Part shown: positions 61,401 through 64,000 of the stretch, in pieces
Position numbering within the stretch: position 1 is the stretch's first letter
Layout of the letters: the number at the start of each line of letters is the position of its first letter
Assembly (NCBI GenBank): GCA_043228905.1
Contig: JBHGNT010000014.1
Location: 18,042,001-18,106,000, forward strand
Reading direction: 5' to 3'
DNA: 64,000 bases
From: Azolla caroliniana
Lineage: Eukaryota; Plantae; Polypodiophyta
The notes under the pieces: generated by a model
What the model saw: the letters and a program-made list of their open reading frames with translations, nothing else
Databases searched by the model: none
Told to the model about the DNA's origin: nothing
Position numbers and translations under genes: made by a program

Positions 61401-64000
61401 TCAAACCTCAACTTTGACCTACCATAATTTGGTAAATTTGAAGATAACAAAGCATGGTTTTGTAAATATATACACATTTGAGTATTTCATCGAAAATTTA
61501 CCCAATATCAAATAAAACCAAACCAAGTTTGTAAATTCCACTTGTATTGTTTATTTGGATTCTTGTTTTTGCTTAAAGTACTAATCAATTAATTTGTATA
61601 TTACCTTCCATTGAGATTAAGTAGATTTTGAGCTTCTATTCGTGCTTACCGTGTTTAAATATGGTCATTAATCGTTGTGTGTGAGATGAATATTGACATT
61701 GACATGTGTGAATGAACATAAAACCAATTGTCGTTGATAGAGAATTGCACCAAACTTTAGTATAGCAATTAAAAATGGAATGTTAGATCGAACGTTTATG
61801 AAGATCGATATTGACATACATACATGGATTGGATCTTAACTTCTAGAGCAAGTGCCAAGGTGCTCTCCTCCTATGAATTGTCTTTTCCATAAAGGACATG
61901 CTCTTGACCCTTAATTCAATGAGTATAATATATTGTCATTTATATGCGGACATTGACCACAAACTAGAGAACAAAAAGAATTAATTTCACCTTAAGCTTA
62001 TGATTGACTGTTAACGAAGGTTAGTGATTCATGACAAGGGACAATTTCAACTATTATGATTGTTTTCATTTGCATACATCTAGGATCAAACAAATTTTGA
62101 GTTGAACTCATACACATGCATTTCGGTGGGTATGATCTTGTTCAAATATGTTGGTAATCCATATTGATAAAATCAATGGGCAGACTCAGTATTTGCAGAG
62201 ATTAATACAGAACTCCAATGACTCTATTCTAAAATCTATTGAGTTTCTCAGCTAATATCACTCTTCTTAGAAAACAAGTGTTAAGTCCATGTGTTTGCTT
62301 AGTGGGTTCGTGTTGCACTATATATTTGTGTGTGCGCATGTGTGTGCACTATAAGACAAGGTTTAGTCTCGGATATGCACTTGAAGAAAGGTCTCAATTG
62401 TTTGCCTTGTGGGCCTACACAAAAATGTGTATATTTGCACCCAAGAAAAGGGCTCAAATCATCAAGTACATATTGTCTTCGATTTCCACCGCAAGAAATA
62501 TCATGTCTACTCTTGGATCTTTATGAGAAATATGGGTTCAAGTGGTGTCCTTGACATGATGATGTATTGATAAAGCTTGTGCATCATACCTTCCTTTGTG
62601 TTGGGTGGGAGGGGTCAATGGTTTATACAATAATGTGTGTTATTATATGGTTTGTTTAATGGTCGAGAGGAAATTTCCCCAACATAGTGTTTAGATGAAT
62701 CCCTAATTGGAGTGAAGGGTTAAAGTGTTTGCTAGTTCAACTTGGTTGTGGTAGGGTCAATTGTTTGGATGGCATGTCATGTCTCTTTCGAAAAGCAATC
62801 ATATAAAAAACCGTAGTGGTGTATGCATACTATTGCATGTGTATTTGCATCTCAACAATTTTTACAATGCACAAACAACACGAAAAGTTAAGTGTTAAGT
62901 GTCACTAGTCTTCTTATGTTGGCACCACATGCAAGTGCTCAATCTATGCTTCGATCTATGTTTGTTTGTGATAAAAGGGAAACTTAAAAGTGTTTGTCTT
63001 GTCATTATGTTTCTATGTATAGGTATGTTTTTACACCGAACTAAAACACTTGAGGGTTTGTGTGTGGATACTCTGAGTATGCGACGACACCATAGAAAAT
63101 GCTTTTAAAGTTTCCTTGTGGGTCTGCTCATGGACCTAATCCAATGATAAAAGAAGATGTTCGAGTGGTTCTGCGGATCTAAAAGAATATGTTGAAGTGT
63201 CAACGCGGATCTAATTTTCTCATCTACATCCATACCGAAAGAAAAAGTCAATCAAATGTTTTTCTCATCCAGAGGGCTATTGGGGTTTTTCCTCCGATCA
63301 ATGTCAATGGATTGGTAATGTGACGAAATGCCCAACTAAATCAAATTCATATATTGCAATATATTATATTCTCACCTTCATTGTATTATATGTGACATAA
63401 AAAAAGATTCTAAACCAATATCACTAATGACAGGATATCTTCTTTAAAAAAAAGAAAAACTTATTTTCAGTAACGGCGAAACATTTAATATAGCTCATGG
63501 GCAATTGAAAGGTAATGTACATTTCAAACCTAATATGCACCACACACATGTTAAGTTTTGCTAGTCAAGAAAGGGGGGTGCGAGGTTGTGGAACATAGCC
63601 ATAATACTAAAATCCTATTAACTCATTAGAAGACATCGATCACTTGGTCATCCAAATGTTGGATAAAACAATGTATATAAGGTTAATCGTGGACAAGAGC
63701 ATTTTTATTCGCACACTCATCCTATCACGTAATCAACCCAAAACAATTTTCCTTACGATCCAATCCTGCACAGGAAAGACACACATCATTGACGTTTTGG
63801 GTTGGGATGATAAAAAACATACGTAGGGAAGGGGGTTAATGAGTTGACAAAAACATGTGCACAAAAAAGAAAAGAATTAGTGGCAATGCGAATCAATGCA
63901 AGTAAGCTTGAACATTACACACAATAAGCATGGAATTTGAAGGGAGGAGGGAGGCCCACAAGGTGCGGACGGACAATCTAGACTTTATTACTATTAGTAT

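Overview
Eukaryotic land-plant genomic DNA. A non-seed plant such as a fern is likely, but this is inferred only from the retroelement types and gene structure. The left half (1-35.5 kb) is a gene island with four spliced protein-coding genes: a phytocystatin (+), a DFR-like NAD(P)H reductase (-), an N-terminally acylated LRRC57-like LRR protein (-) and a DUF1635 protein (-). It also holds one tRNA-Thr(CGT) gene, a solo LTR, a decayed MULE/SWIM transposase, a pogo/Tigger deletion derivative, LINE and Copia remnants, and many micro/minisatellites. The right half is dominated by a four-level retrotransposon nest: an old Ty3/gypsy integrase remnant holds a gag-only tRNA-Trp-primed LTR element, which holds a Ty1/copia element, which holds a Tcn1/Tf1-like chromovirus. 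The three inner insertions have intact TSDs. The most striking observation is that both gypsy-type elements carry an antisense tRNA-like Pol III A-box/B-box cassette in the U3 part of their otherwise unrelated LTRs. The chromovirus also shows a self-priming PBS and a -1 frameshift signal. The last ~10 kb is heavily decayed and mostly not interpretable. All coordinates and mismatch counts were derived by eye.
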